Of a stretch of DNA of 64,000 nucleotides, positions 1 through 13,252 are shown piece by piece. Source of the stretch: Auanema rhodensis (taxonomy: Eukaryota; Animalia; Nematoda). The notes under the pieces are model-generated. The model worked only from the letters and a program-made list of their open reading frames with translations. It was not told the origin of the DNA and did not search any database. A program made the position numbers and the translations under genes. The stretch's first letter is position 1, and every line of letters starts with the position of its first letter. The stretch is taken from contig OZ059898.1 of assembly GCA_964057225.1 (NCBI GenBank), positions 12,958,001-13,022,000 of the forward strand, given 5' to 3'.

Positions 1-1311
1 AGAATTTTCTTCAAAAAAAAAGAACGTGATCTTCTCAATAAGTGTTTCAAAAATTTTTAAAATATAATATATGTATATGAATCTGCTTATAATTTGAGAA
101 AAATGTTGAAAGTTGATCTATTAATCTAAAACTATTATTTAACTATTTTTTCAAAAAAAGAGAGAGAGAAAGAGAGATTTAAAGTATGAATCATTTTTGC
201 CAATAAGTAAAGAGGGATAAAGAAAGTAAGGGAGGTCTGCGAAGGACAGGACAGATGAAGAGAGAAAAGGATTGGTAAGGATCGATAGAAGAACCGAAAA
301 TAGGTAAAACATGCTGCTCTTTTAAGGTGGAAAGTTTGGAATATAGAGAATATGAAGCATAGCTAACTAACTATATAATTGTATATTATACATGTTATCG
401 AAGTTGTTAAAATATAAATATAATATAAGATAATATAATATATTTCATATAATTTATTGATAAAGTTGTTGATGGAAATCAAATTTTGTTATTCATAGCT
501 TAAAATAGAGGAAGAAGGTGATTTAAGTATCAAAAGAGGGGGTTGAATGAAAAGAGAAGAGGATAAAGAGGAGAGTTACACGAGAAAAAGAAACCGTGGG
601 AGTGGATTGCTATCTAATCCATCTTATAAATCGATTTTTTATATATAAAATGGATATATAGTTAACTGCTGACAGTCGATAACTAAATTAGGAAAATGAA
701 AATATATTCTTAAATAATTTAATTTATAATATATATATATATATATACGGATAATATATAGTATAGTTAAGTTTTTCGAAGTAGTATATTTGAATTTAAA
801 AATAAATTTCATTTTCTAAACAGAAGAACAAGAAGCACATCTGAATCACATTTGTTTGCCAATGTTGTTAAGAAAAATTGTCAAATTCTCTGTTATTTTT
901 GAGAAATATTTCAAGCTTTTTCCATTTTTTTATAGAAAAAAACTGCAAAGAAGCTGCACTTTAGTGGAAATTTGGAAAACAAAAAGATGAGAAATCAGAT
1001 TCATATTTGACTGATTGAATGAGAAGTCAGAAAAAAACGAAGAAAAATGAATATTTAAACTATTAAATAGATAATGAAAATGATGTTAATGTTTTTCATA
1101 TAGTTAACTAAAATTATATATATTTATTTAATTAATTATAATATTATATTTAAATTTATATAATTTAAATATTTAAATAACTTATTGAAATGGAAATATT
1201 TGTCCTTTTCCTCATCCCTTAATTTATATTCACTTGATTGAACTTAGATGTCTACATCTAGCTTTGCTTCTTAGCTTCTATACAACTTGGAAATCCAAAT
1301 TTTGAGTTCCT

Positions 1312-1336
1312 GTTGCTGGCCAACGTTCATGGCAAC
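1312..1336. promoter_or_regulatory. Possible RFX/DAF-19 X-box-like element(s) upstream of the coiled-coil gene
   Basis: GTTGCTGGCCAAC overlaps ACGTTC-AT-GGCAAC about 170 nt before the ATG at 1498. The right half-site GGCAAC matches the X-box consensus; the left half is imperfect. Confidence 0.3.
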
Positions 1337-1497
1337 GTTATGAAACGATACTATTCGGCTATATTATGAACTTTTAACTGTTCGTTTTAACTGTTTTTTT
1401 CAGATTTTTTTAATAAAAAAAATATTTTTTACAATAAAATGATTATGATGATTATATTTTATGAACATAACTGTGAGTCAACATCATAGATATCATC

Positions 1498-1937
1498 ATG
1501 AGTGCTGGATTAAAACGAGGATTAATCACAGCCAGTATTGGACAATCTGAAGGTCATCAACTACCAGCAGCTAATTCACAACTTGTTACACAGGTATCAT
1601 CACAACTATCTTCTTCCACATTTAAAATTAGAAAATTTGCAAATAATTTCTATTGCTATTGAAGAATGTTGAAAATGACAAAAAGGCTAAAAAGACAATG
1701 TGTATCTATACGAACGATTTTTAAAAATTATTTGCAGACCGAGGAGAAACAGAAAACATTACGGGAACTTTGCTCAAAATATGAAAAATTGAAACTAGGT
1801 CTGTGTGTTTACATATCGTGGACTTTACAATTGAAAAATACGTATGTTCAGAGTTGGATATACATACGAAAGAGAATGATGAACTTTCAAAGAGACTACA
1901 CTCATTACAGGTATTATATGAGAAAGTTGGAGAGAGA

Positions 1938-1973
<36 letters not shown>

Positions 1974-2569
1974 TTAAAATTTATTTTTCAGAATGTAGTT
2001 CCTTTACTTGATAAGCAGAAAGAAGAACATGTTCAAAAAATTAAAAATCGTCAATATGAAGAGAAAAAACGACGAAAAGAGCATATTGCAATAAAGGAAG
2101 AATTAATTATTGAAAAGAAAGAATATGAATTATCAGAAAAAAAGTTGAATGATTTAACAATGAAATATGAACAACTTTTAAAAATAGGTTTTACTCTTTT
2201 ATGCTTATTCATATATACATATATTATATGAAAAATTATTATTTACAGACGATGAATCGAAAATGAAACAAGCGAAATATCGTGAACAAATTGAAAAGTT
2301 TGAAGCTGAAAAGAAGGAGCTAACATCTGCATTAGCCAAGGATGAGCCTATTCTTAAAGTAAGCTATTACGAGAAACTTTATGACAAAAATGAACAAAAA
2401 ACAATAAATTCAGGACTTACGTGAATATTTGAGCCAAATAGCAAAAAGTGTTTTTGAACAGCAACAGAACTTAGAACATATGCAAATAGGTTAGTTTATG
2501 GTAGTTTGGGACTGTGTGCAGAAGATATATAGAAGTGATTGCGATAGAAACACAGAAAGAAAGCGAGAT

Positions 2570-2654
<85 letters not shown>

Positions 2655-5268
2655 AGATAGAGAAAGAAACTTAAATAAGAAGGAAAGAGAAGAAAATGAA
2701 GTAATTGTAGTAAAATAACTAATCTAAATATAGAATGTAAATGATATAAGGATTCGTATCATGAATACGTAGCATATTAGAGAAGTTTAATCATTTTAAT
2801 CCATACCAGTTATAATAGAAAATAAAAAAAAGGAAAAGTTCATTGAGATTTCCAATGATTAATAGGAAAATTCAAAAAAAAATTAAATAAAACGTTGTTT
2901 TATTATTCAAATAATTATAATACGTTATAGGAATTAAATCATCATATAATGATTTACGAAATTTACAAAAAAAAATTCGTGTGGAGAAACGAAATCAAGC
3001 AGCTTTAAAGGCTAAAATTGATCAAAACTATGAATTATTACAACGTAAAGAGGTAAGATAAACTATAAATATTATATATATTATATATAAAATATATAAT
3101 AACTTGTATAAAATACAAATATGTGTCTGCATACCTTGATTCGTTTTTTTTTAAATATTTATAAAGAGATATTATAAAAGTTGTGAAAGCAACCTGATTA
3201 TACGTCATATTTAAGGATTATAATTCGAAATAAAATTAGCATAAAAATGCGATAAGTGTGAACTTTCAACGATTACTCTTCACGTGAAGTCACACAATTT
3301 GAAAAATCTTACGTGAAAATTACGTGGAGAAGCTAATATATAATATTCTAATAAATTTTACAACGTTAAATACTATATACATATAGTTAAATATATGCAA
3401 ATATAACTATAATTTCAATTTAAATTTATATTTCCGTTTCCTCATTTATCTAAAAACTCACGTATTCAATTGAAAAAAAATTAATTTGCATAATATTTGC
3501 GGTCAATGTGATGTTGAATGATTTATCCCCATAATTCGACACTTGATTGTGCAATATTGCTCGGAAAAAAAAATAAAATGATACAGATCATATATAATAT
3601 CTGGGAAAAAAACAAAATTTACTCAATTGAATATAGTTAATTGAATATTTTAGAAACAAGTTGAAGAATTAGAATTAACACAAGATAACTATATGGATAG
3701 TAATCATGAACGTGAATTAGACGACCGTCGGAAACAAATACATGATTTAGAAGAAATATGGTTAGGATTAAATGATAAGGTATACTTACATATATATGAA
3801 TAGTTAATATAGTTATTTTAATTATTTTCAAGTTAATATCGTCGGAAATTCGACAAGCTGAGATACGACAACAGAGAAATCGAGCAGAAAAAAGGAAGAA
3901 GAGATTGGAAGCAAAAATTCGATTACTTCAGATGCATCCGTAAGTCGAATGAAAAATCAATTATACTGATTGAATCATATAATTCAGAACACCATCTCTG
4001 TATAAGGGATTCATGAAGACGGAAGAAGCCATACCTAAGTCAAATGTAACTCGACAATCTCAGAGATCAGAGAATAGAAGTCGACGATCTAATAAATCAA
4101 TAACAAGAGATTTTATTGAAGTACATTACGAGGGGAATGGGGGGGGGAGACGGAGATGAGAGGAATGTTAAAAGGAAATCTTTTAGAAATCAAGATTAGA
4201 AACGATGGAAATGGAAAAAGAATATTTAGAAACATCAAATGATCTTCCATCTCATATAGAATATGAAGAATATGATTATGTGAAAAAGCAAAAACATGAT
4301 CGAGATCAGGTAAATAAGAAGATTTGATTGTGTATGTTGATGATGTACTTTGATATTGCCATCTTTAGTTCATTAAATCAACAGAAACTGAAGCAGAATC
4401 AGCATTGAAGAATCAGAATATGAAAGAAGAACGAACTGTTTTAGAACTTCGTACCGAAGTTGAAGCTATTGAAAAGAATGTTTCAAATCTGCAAAAGATT
4501 ATCCAGGTTCTGTAGTATCTAGTTAACCTACAGAGAAGATGTTCATAGATGTATTTAGACAAAGAAAGGTGAAATCAAAACGAATGAAGATAGGATTGCT
4601 GGAGTACGGGAGAAAATTAGTGAATTAGAAGATCAACGTGATAACTTACGTGCCAAATTGGATGAATTAAAAGAGAAAAAGGTATTTAATTATATATTTA
4701 TATGTATATATAATAAATATAATTAAGGAAATCGAAGCTGAAAATTCAATTAAACAGTTGAACAAGGAAAAAGAAATGTTGGAAGAGAAACGAAATGAAT
4801 TATTAGCTGACATTCGTGGTTTGGAACGTGAAATAGCTGAATCAAAGCATAAATTATCAATGATTATAGCATGGAAGAATAGTATAAACTATAAAGTAAA
4901 ATTATTATATTATATAATTATTCAAATTATTTGATTTTACCTCCTTTCCTATTTATTTTTTATTTTTAGGAATTGAAAGATTTAGCTGTTGCTAAAGATT
5001 ATTGGAATCAAAAGGTTCGTGAAGCTGAACAAGATATTAAAAATTTGGAAGAAACTTTACAAGTTGCTAAAAAAGCAAATTCATTAGTAAAACAAGAATT
5101 GAAGATAGTTAAGCCTTATGGTAATACAATGCAACAACTTTATTATTTATCTGTTTTATTCGAATTTTAGAACCTGAAACATACGAATATGAAATGCTCA
5201 AGTTTGAAGAGAGTCAGTTGAATCATGAACTTGCTAAGCTTAAAAGGAAAAAGCAGCTGATCAACTGA
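1498..5268 (+). CDS. Multi-exon (~15 exons) E/K/Q/R-rich long coiled-coil protein, family not recognised
   Basis: Exons join in frame across GT-AG introns: MSAGLKRGLITASIGQ...|TEEKQKTLRELCSKYEKLKL|ELDIHTKENDELSKRLHSLQ|NVVPLLDKQKEEH...|...ELKDLAVAKDYWNQKVREAEQDIKNLEETL...|EPETYEYEMLKFEESQLNHELAKLKRKKQLIN*, with TGA at 5266-5268. Heptad-like composition throughout. Confidence 0.8.
2574..2650. repeat. (AG)n microsatellite, intronic
   Basis: Uninterrupted AG dinucleotide run of about 38 units. Confidence 0.95.
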
Positions 5269-5826
5269 ATCAGAATGAAAACATTATGTTTAGCATGGGA
5301 ATATGTCTGACTAGTTCCATCTTTCACAGCAATTTTGAGTAAAAAATATGTGAAAAATTGTAATTTTTCATTAAAAATGACTAAATATTGTGATAGTATG
5401 ACGGTTATTTTATATTTTCTTTTAATATGAAATAGTTTTTTTTCAATTTTCATTGTTTAATTATAAGATTTTATTATATAAATTTATAAATTTATATGTT
5501 TAATTCATGATCTTTGATTTACATTTGTGTTTATAATTTCCACGAATACTTTAGAAATGTTGAATTGATTGATAAAACTTATAATTAAGTTAATCTTTGA
5601 TTTCAATAATAACTTCTTTATAACTTATATGGTATATAGTTAAATTTGAGAAAATTTAATGGGATTTAAAGAATAAAATACAACCGGTAATATCATTCCA
5701 TATTTCTCAAAATGAAATTTGACTCGACAACCGTTGTGCATGGCATTTGAATATTCTATTTCGAGTAACTTTTAAAGAATTGAAGTACGAAGGTGGAAAA
5801 AAGTGAAAGAATGTAAGTATGTATGT

Positions 5827-5830
<4 letters not shown>

Positions 5831-5874
<44 letters not shown>
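5831..5874. repeat. (GA)n microsatellite
   Basis: Perfect GA run; further CT/GA runs lie at about 6133-6210 and 6320-6352. Confidence 0.95.
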
Positions 5875-5877
<3 letters not shown>

Positions 5878-6128
5878 AAGAGAAGGAAGAGAATTGAACT
5901 GAGATGGTCATTCGAAGCTTTTTCTTTATTTCTTTTAGTTTTTAAATATTTTCTTTGTCGGAAGAAAAGATCAGAATAGTATCGTCTGTAAAACATATGA
6001 GATCAGAGAGTTAACTACTGTTTGCAAAAGATAAACGATGACTCATACGAGTTCAAAGAAAAAGACAAAACTATTATTTACAGTCTTCTTTGTTGCCTCA
6101 CTATTCCATTTTGTTCTCCCCTTCTCTT

Positions 6129-6179
<51 letters not shown>

Positions 6180-8376
6180 AGCTCTCTATCTCTCCCTCTC
6201 TCTCTCTCTACCTCGAAATCCTTTTCTTTCTCTCAATTCCTCATTTTTATACAAAAGTAGTTCATTGAACCAGAATTTAAGCGAAAAATATAAAGAGAGA
6301 AAAAAGGAGAGAGAAAAGGAGAGAGAGGGAGAGAGAGAGAGAGAGAGAGAGAAAAGAAAGAGAACGAGAGGTAAAAAAGATTTTGAGATAAGTATGAAAT
6401 GAAAAAGTTTGTCTAGAAAATGAACTTCAACACACATGTAATATCTAGTATAGTATATAATATTTCTCTTATAAAATCGAATCAATCTCTTTTTAAACTC
6501 TTGTAATCTCTCATAATTCTCTCTTAATTCAGCATTTTTTTAAATTTTGATTTCTCTTGTTCTTGCAACTTAACTAACTAACAAAATTCTTATACTTAAT
6601 TCGTTCATTGTTTTACTTTTCAGTTTTATAATGCTTTCAATCTTACCCTTTTAAACTTTTTTTAAATTGAAATATCATCAGAAATATGGTTTCCTCCTCA
6701 TCATACATATGTAGAACTACCTAGCTACTAACTGCAGCTTGCTTGCTTGCTCACTCGCATGAAGCTTTGTCTCCGCCCGCTTCACACATCGTCTAATCAG
6801 TTGAGTATCTAAGTGACATAGACAGACAGCACGAGAACACTCAGAGCATATCAGTACATCCAAAAATCACGTGTCATAGTATTGATAAATCAAAAAAAAA
6901 AACTTTATATTCAATCCTTATGAATGAGTTTCTAATTCTTCTTCCTATCCACTATTTTTAATCTTCTCACCTTTCAATTGCAGTCTCATATTATTGAATT
7001 TTGGTTGTTCCAGCGCTCATGTTCGGCTTCTGATATTCGAATCTCAAATTAGAAGAAATTCTCTTTTTCTTTTTCTCACAATCCATCTCTGTTTTCAATT
7101 CTTTTTTTTTTGGTTGCTGAGCAGTCTAGTTGCCTTCATGAAGCTTTTGTTCTTTCCTTCTTCACTCATATCTCAACGTAATTCGTTCAAAAAAACTTTT
7201 TTTTGCTACTAATATCGATTTTAATATAATCTTTTTGTTTATTTAGCTGAATATATATATATATATGTTATATATTTTATATTTTATTATATAACATATA
7301 TATATATACACATATATAATTCAAATTAATATAATTAATTCAATACAAGGCTTTTTTTTTAAATTATTTCACATAATATTTTCATATTTAAGCTTATTTA
7401 AGCTTATTTAAAAACCTCTTTTCTAGCATTTTCATTGAAACATCATCCTAAAGTACATTCTTCGCTCTACGGTACTCTAGACAAACAAATGAAATAGTGT
7501 GTTGAAGTGAATAATCGATCTGTTCCAATATTCTTATATTAACTTTATTCATTTAAGATAATTCTTATTTTAAGTTTATACAATTTTAAATTAAATTCAA
7601 TATATAGATTTATAGGTAATATACATGTGTCTTTAAAAGATATTATTAAAGAAAATCACTTTTTATTGTCTTCAAATCTTCTTGGTTTCTCTGTATCTCT
7701 CTCGCATTCCCTTTGAAACGTAGACATGGGCACGTACATAGGAACTGAGATATAGAAAGAGAGAGAGAGAATTATTTCCATTTCTCTCCCTCTATCTCTC
7801 TCACAACATTTCCTCTTATAATTTCTCTATCTATCTATCTGTCTATCTAACTCTCTCTCTCTATCTCTCTACCTCTCTCTCTATCTGTCTCCATCTTTTC
7901 ACTATGAACAGAAATTGATTAGATACCTTTGCGAAAGTTTCATCACCATGTTTATTACTTTTAGAAATTTGAATATTACCTATATTGAAGCAAAATAAAA
8001 TATAACTATTTCTATTTCTTATTTCATATAATTCTTATAAATGTTTTTATTATTATTATATTTCTTGGAACGATCTCTGCACAACATCGAAATAGAGGTA
8101 AAACTGGAAACTATATAGGCAGAGTGCGTGCCACCTACGATCGATCATCAACAATGCAACAACGTACGCACTACGAACTAATCGGTCTTTCCTTTTTGGC
8201 ATAGCCTCCTAAATGTACTATTTCATATAATATATATCATACATCAATATATGTTTTCTAATTACCTTTTGATCTAAAATTACCTTGTTTCTAATATGTA
8301 GATACATATAGATCTTTGCATTATATCTCCGTATCTTCTCTTCTCTCTTTTTTTATTTTTCTGTAACCTGTCTCTC

Positions 8377-8377
<1 letters not shown>

Positions 8378-8437
<60 letters not shown>
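8378..8437. repeat. (CT)n microsatellite
   Basis: Near-perfect CT run upstream of the plus-strand nhr gene. Confidence 0.9.
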
Positions 8438-8441
<4 letters not shown>

Positions 8442-8931
8442 TCATTGCGTGTGCGTGAAGGCTTATTTCTTTAACATACATGTTAAGAATAACATGATGA
8501 TATCAGTTTTTTCATCTCTGTGTCTATCTTTTCTTTGAATTTTCAAAGAACAGTAGTCTGTTCTCTCAATCACAATTTATGTTCTACTCAATTTGTATTA
8601 TTATTTTATTTTATTTTATAATAAAATAAAAAATATTTTTATTACTATTTTTATTGATTTTTTTATTATTTGTTCTTTTTAAGTATTTCCATGATTTCTG
8701 ATAATTTATAGGACACTTTTTATCTTGAACAAATTAAAATGACATCATCATTACCTTCTTTAGTTTTACAACATTTCTCGTCTTTAATCATCTTATTTTC
8801 AATTCTTTTTTTTGTGTTTAATTTCGTTAAGTCTTGATCAAACTATAATTTTTTAAATTTATTTGTAGTTTAATTTAGAAAAAAAAAGAAGCTTTGAAGA
8901 CACATGAACAAACTTTTATTTTAATAGGAAT

Positions 8932-9613
8932 ATGGAACCATCTTATAATATTCTAACTAAACCGAATTTTTTGGAAAAAGAACAAAATGATTGTTATCCA
9001 TACTATATTAAACAACATTCTAAGGAAATATATTCTTCTGTCAGGTATAACTTCAACTTTTTAAAAAAAAACTTTTTTTTTACTGATATTTTCATTAAAA
9101 GATTATTATATTCTGTTAATAGATATATAGATATAGTTATACATACTATGTTCAATGATAGTTAATCAGAACAACTTGAAATTAGCATAATTGTAATTTT
9201 AATTTAACGTGACATTAGCATAATTGAACGTTACACTCTTTCCGCTTTATTTCCTAATTTTGCACGTAAGAATTGGTTGATCTCATTAAACTTGTTAAAC
9301 GCTGTTCAAATATCTTAATTATACAGTTTTGAATTTCATTTTAACTATGTATTATTTGACCATTAACTATATGATATAGTTACGGAAAATTGTGTTTTCC
9401 TTTGTAATTCAGACGTTCATTTTAATTATATTTAGAGTCATAATAATAATTCTTAGATAAAATGAAATATTATTATTTCTCATACGTAATTGATATAGAT
9501 TATGTGTTAATATGATATCTTTGAATATATATATATATTATATATTATATATAATATTTCAATATTATCATTATTTTTAGTTAAAGAATATCTATTATAG
9601 TATACGTATAGTT

Positions 9614-9663
<50 letters not shown>

Positions 9664-12526
9664 GGACAGTGAGAGAAAGAAAACGAATAAAACAACTTTT
9701 TACAGTTTTTTCTTTTAAGTTTAAATAGTAGCAGTTCTTCCTCATCATCTGATGGCAGCCTACAATCAAGCCCGAATCGACTTCCCTTGAAATATCATAT
9801 ATCGCCTAGAGGATACGTGCACGATATAGTTGATTTAGCGGAATTTGTTGAAGAATCATCACCATTATCGTCAGATAAAAAACTTGAAACGCATGAAATT
9901 AACGTGGATTCACTAACATCAGCCTCATCATCAACATCATTGCCTTATCCAAAACTTCCAAATAATGTATGCCCAACAACATGTTCAGTATGTGGAGATC
10001 GAGCAACCGGATATCATTATGAAGTAGGTTTTAAAGCTTGAGAAGTTTTTCAGTTTAATATTCATGTCTGATTCAAATATTTAAGTTGAAAACAAATTCA
10101 AAATCAGGATCAGAAAGTTTTCGTTGTATATAGCTTTTATTGAGAAATTTTTGTAATATCCAATTTCGTTAATGCAATTATTCGATTTCATAGGTACCAT
10201 CGTGTAATGGATGTAAAACCTTTTTTCGACGAACAGTATTAGCTCAGAAGCAGCACATCTGTGTAAAAGGAGGCAAATGCTTTGAAAACCCGTCTAAAGG
10301 TATTTGATTGAATGGCATGAACAGCGTTTAAAGAAATAGAATTCAGAACGTCGATGCACCTGTAAGGCTTGTCGATTCCGGAAATGTGTAGATGTCGGAA
10401 TGAATCCTTTAGGTTGGTTACATAATCGAATATTTCACTCTTACTCCTTCTCTTTCCCTTTCTTTATCTCTCTCTCTCTCTCTCTCTTTACCTTGATATT
10501 CCCTTTTAGCCATTCAACAATCTGGAGATGTCTCTCATACAGAATTTTTCAATGAAATTACAAAGAAACGAAAAACATCAAAAGGTCAACTAAGTGAAGA
10601 GCCACCCTTACAGATTGTCCGTAACGTCCTCCATGAATATTGTGTTATCTCTCTATATGTTGCAGGCTCGTACAGGCAGATCATTATCATTTCTTGAAGA
10701 TGAAACAGAGAGAATGATCTCACAATTGATGTATCTAGAACTTAAGGTGAAATCTTTTAATTTTCCGTTCAAAATGATTCTTTTTCAATCTTTAGTCTGA
10801 ACAATTTCGTTACTGCAAATATAATCCAAGTCCATTTGCATTACCTAATTTAATAGAATTAATTAATAAAGAGAATCAATTTCCTTTGGCTGATCGTTTA
10901 GGTGTAAGTTTTTTATTATAAAATAATTATTTTTAAATTAAAAAGATTTAATTATATGTATATAGTTATGAGCAAAAGAAATACCAAACATTGTAATAGG
11001 CACCATGGGAGGGGGGGGGGGGTTTCTAGAATTACTTATATCAATCAACACCTTGTTTGTCTAAAAATATGAATAAGGATACTTTCTTTTTTGAAAATCC
11101 TGAAATATTATTTCTTCAGTTCATCAAATTCGCTTCTTTTTTGCTTCAAAACTCTTATTAACTGTCGTGTTGCTCAATCAGATTCATAGCATACTGTATC
11201 TAACCCAAACGGGTGCGTCTGATGTTCCGGTTTGAGTGTACTCGGTTTTTTCTTCTAAAACTATCCGTTTCCGTTATCTGTCATGTGTGAAAGGAATGAA
11301 AAGCTTAATGTGTGTCTATTCCGAAAGTTTCTTGAATCCATGATACATAGTTTACATTGAATGAATGAATGAATGAATGTGGTGATGAGTTTTATTTAGC
11401 CGATGCCAAATTGGCCTTTACTTGATCAAGATGATTTCAAAAAATATGATTCAGATGGAAAAGTAGTGTTTAATCCAGTACCTGAAAGGTAAATTTATAA
11501 ATATACTAAAGTTTTATTATATATTTATTAGAAAACATTGGTTAATATTTGATCTTATAACATCTGTTGAATATGCCAAAACATTTTCATTTTTTCATCA
11601 ATTATCTGATAGTGATAAGGTAAATGATTTTTGATTTTTTCTCTTTTTTTTTGTTCTTTGAATAACTTTTTTTTGAAAATTTCATCTCTAAGTATCTCAA
11701 GTTACTAAAGTTTTCACACATACGAAACATGATTGAAATTGCACAAACATTTAATAAACTTGGAATAATTTCAGATAAGCTTATTAAGAGCTACAGTATT
11801 ATTATGCTTTAATCTTACCCAAGCATTTTATTCATTTCAACAAAAATCTTGTAATTTGATTTATCCGGATGGTACGACGTTGCGACGTCCACCACCGCCG
11901 TCACCTACTTGGGCTGATGTAGAGGAACGAAAAGCTAAAGATGCCCATAAGTATAATTTTAACTATATACATATAGTTAATGACATAATTGTTTTTCAGT
12001 TTTGGCTTAATTGAGCAAATGAAACGTAAATCAATTGAAATGCTTATACAAAAAAATTATACGAAAACAGAATATGTATTATTAAGAAATATTATACTAT
12101 GTAATCCAGGTATGGTTTCTAAATATTAATATATATATACATATATAATACTATTATTATTATTATTAGCTGCTGTTTTATCGGAAAAAGGTAGTACACT
12201 TCTAGCTAAAGAGCGTGAACGAGTCACAAAGGCATTATTCAATCATTGTATGGCAGCATTGTAAGTTAATAAGATAATCTTCTTTCTATCTGTTCCTCTA
12301 TTTAAAAACAGAATATTATACATATAACTAATATGTTGAAGCCTTTTATAAATATATTTTCAGTGGTTCTGCTGGTCCCGGACGATTTGCAGCTAATATT
12401 GCTATGATCAATGCATTTGAAGAACATGCCCAGTTTATGAAAGATTTTCATTTAATTATGAAAGTTATGCATGTCAAATCGCCATTTCATGAAATAAGCT
12501 TAATAGAAGATATTATGAAGACATAA
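8932..12526 (+). CDS. Nuclear hormone receptor, nematode HNF4-derived supplementary NHR class (C4 zinc-finger DBD plus ligand-binding domain)
   Basis: Spliced DBD reads CSVCGDRATGYHYE|VPSCNGCKTFFRRTVLAQKQHICVKGGKC...|RRCTCKACRFRKCVDVGMNP. LBD hallmarks: KHWLIFDLITSVEYAKTFSFFHQLSDSDK, YTKTEYVLLRNIILCNP, GPGRFAANIAMI, and an AF-2-like end SLIEDIMKT* (TAA 12524-12526). The 5' end is uncertain; there is an alternative ATG at 8739. Confidence 0.92.
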
Positions 12527-12857
12527 CTATTACTAAAGATTACATCATCATCATTAGACTTAAACTATATGATATATAGTTAATATAATATAATTTATAC
12601 TCAGGAAGCACATTCATACATATAGATACATATACCAGCAGCATCTATTGTTAATTGATCTCAAAATTATCGGTGAACTTCACATATTATATTTCTTTTT
12701 TTCTTTCAACATTTTTTTCTTTTTTATAACCTATGTGTATAGTTAACTATTAATTTTTATACTTTATAGTAATATAACATATCAAATTGTTTAAATGTGT
12801 GAATTTAATGAAGATTAATTTACGAAAATCAGTATTATCTTTTCAATTTTAATAGAA

Positions 12858-13073
12858 TACAGTATAACTAACTCCTGTGCACTGAAAGTGGAATACTCAA
12901 AAAGCTTTTTGTATTGTTTGAAACAAACTACAAAAATTTCAGAAAAAAAATATGATGAATTTTAAAAAACATCTACCTTCAGCATCAGCAGCATCATAAC
13001 ATTTTTTTGTAGTTTGAAGGGTGTTGTCTGAGTTTTCTCAAGAGGTGTCTCATTTTCATCGCACAGCACTGTA
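12858..13073. mobile_element. Degenerate Tc1/mariner-type MITE (foldback element of ~210 bp)
   Basis: Both ends read TA-CAGT; the right end in reverse complement is TACAGTGCTG, which is Tc1-like. Imperfect TIRs CTGTGCACTGAAAGTGGAATAC vs CTGTGCGATGAAAATGAGACAC. Internal inverted pair CAAACTACAAAAA (~12924) / TTTTTGTAGTTTG (~13005). No ORF. Confidence 0.55.
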
Positions 13074-13252
13074 TATACCATGTATAATATTAATTATGAA
13101 ATATATAGTTTAAAGCTCTTCTTCTTTATGTTTTTCTATTTAATTTTCTATTTTAACTATATGTATGTAAGGAATCATGTATATCTATGTATATCTATGT
13201 ATTTATGATTTTCTTTTTTTTTTCTTATAAATTAATAGATTATATATAATAA

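Noticed and set aside
5772-6485. ORFs with SLSLSL / ERERER runs (also 9581, 16761, 17388, 17944, 18561, 21315, 22978)
   Set aside because: Open only because GA/CT microsatellites contain no stop codons; no splice or homology support
11040-11345. Higher-complexity insert in an nhr intron, faintly transposase-like on the minus strand
   Set aside because: Multiple stops, no TIRs or catalytic motif identifiable
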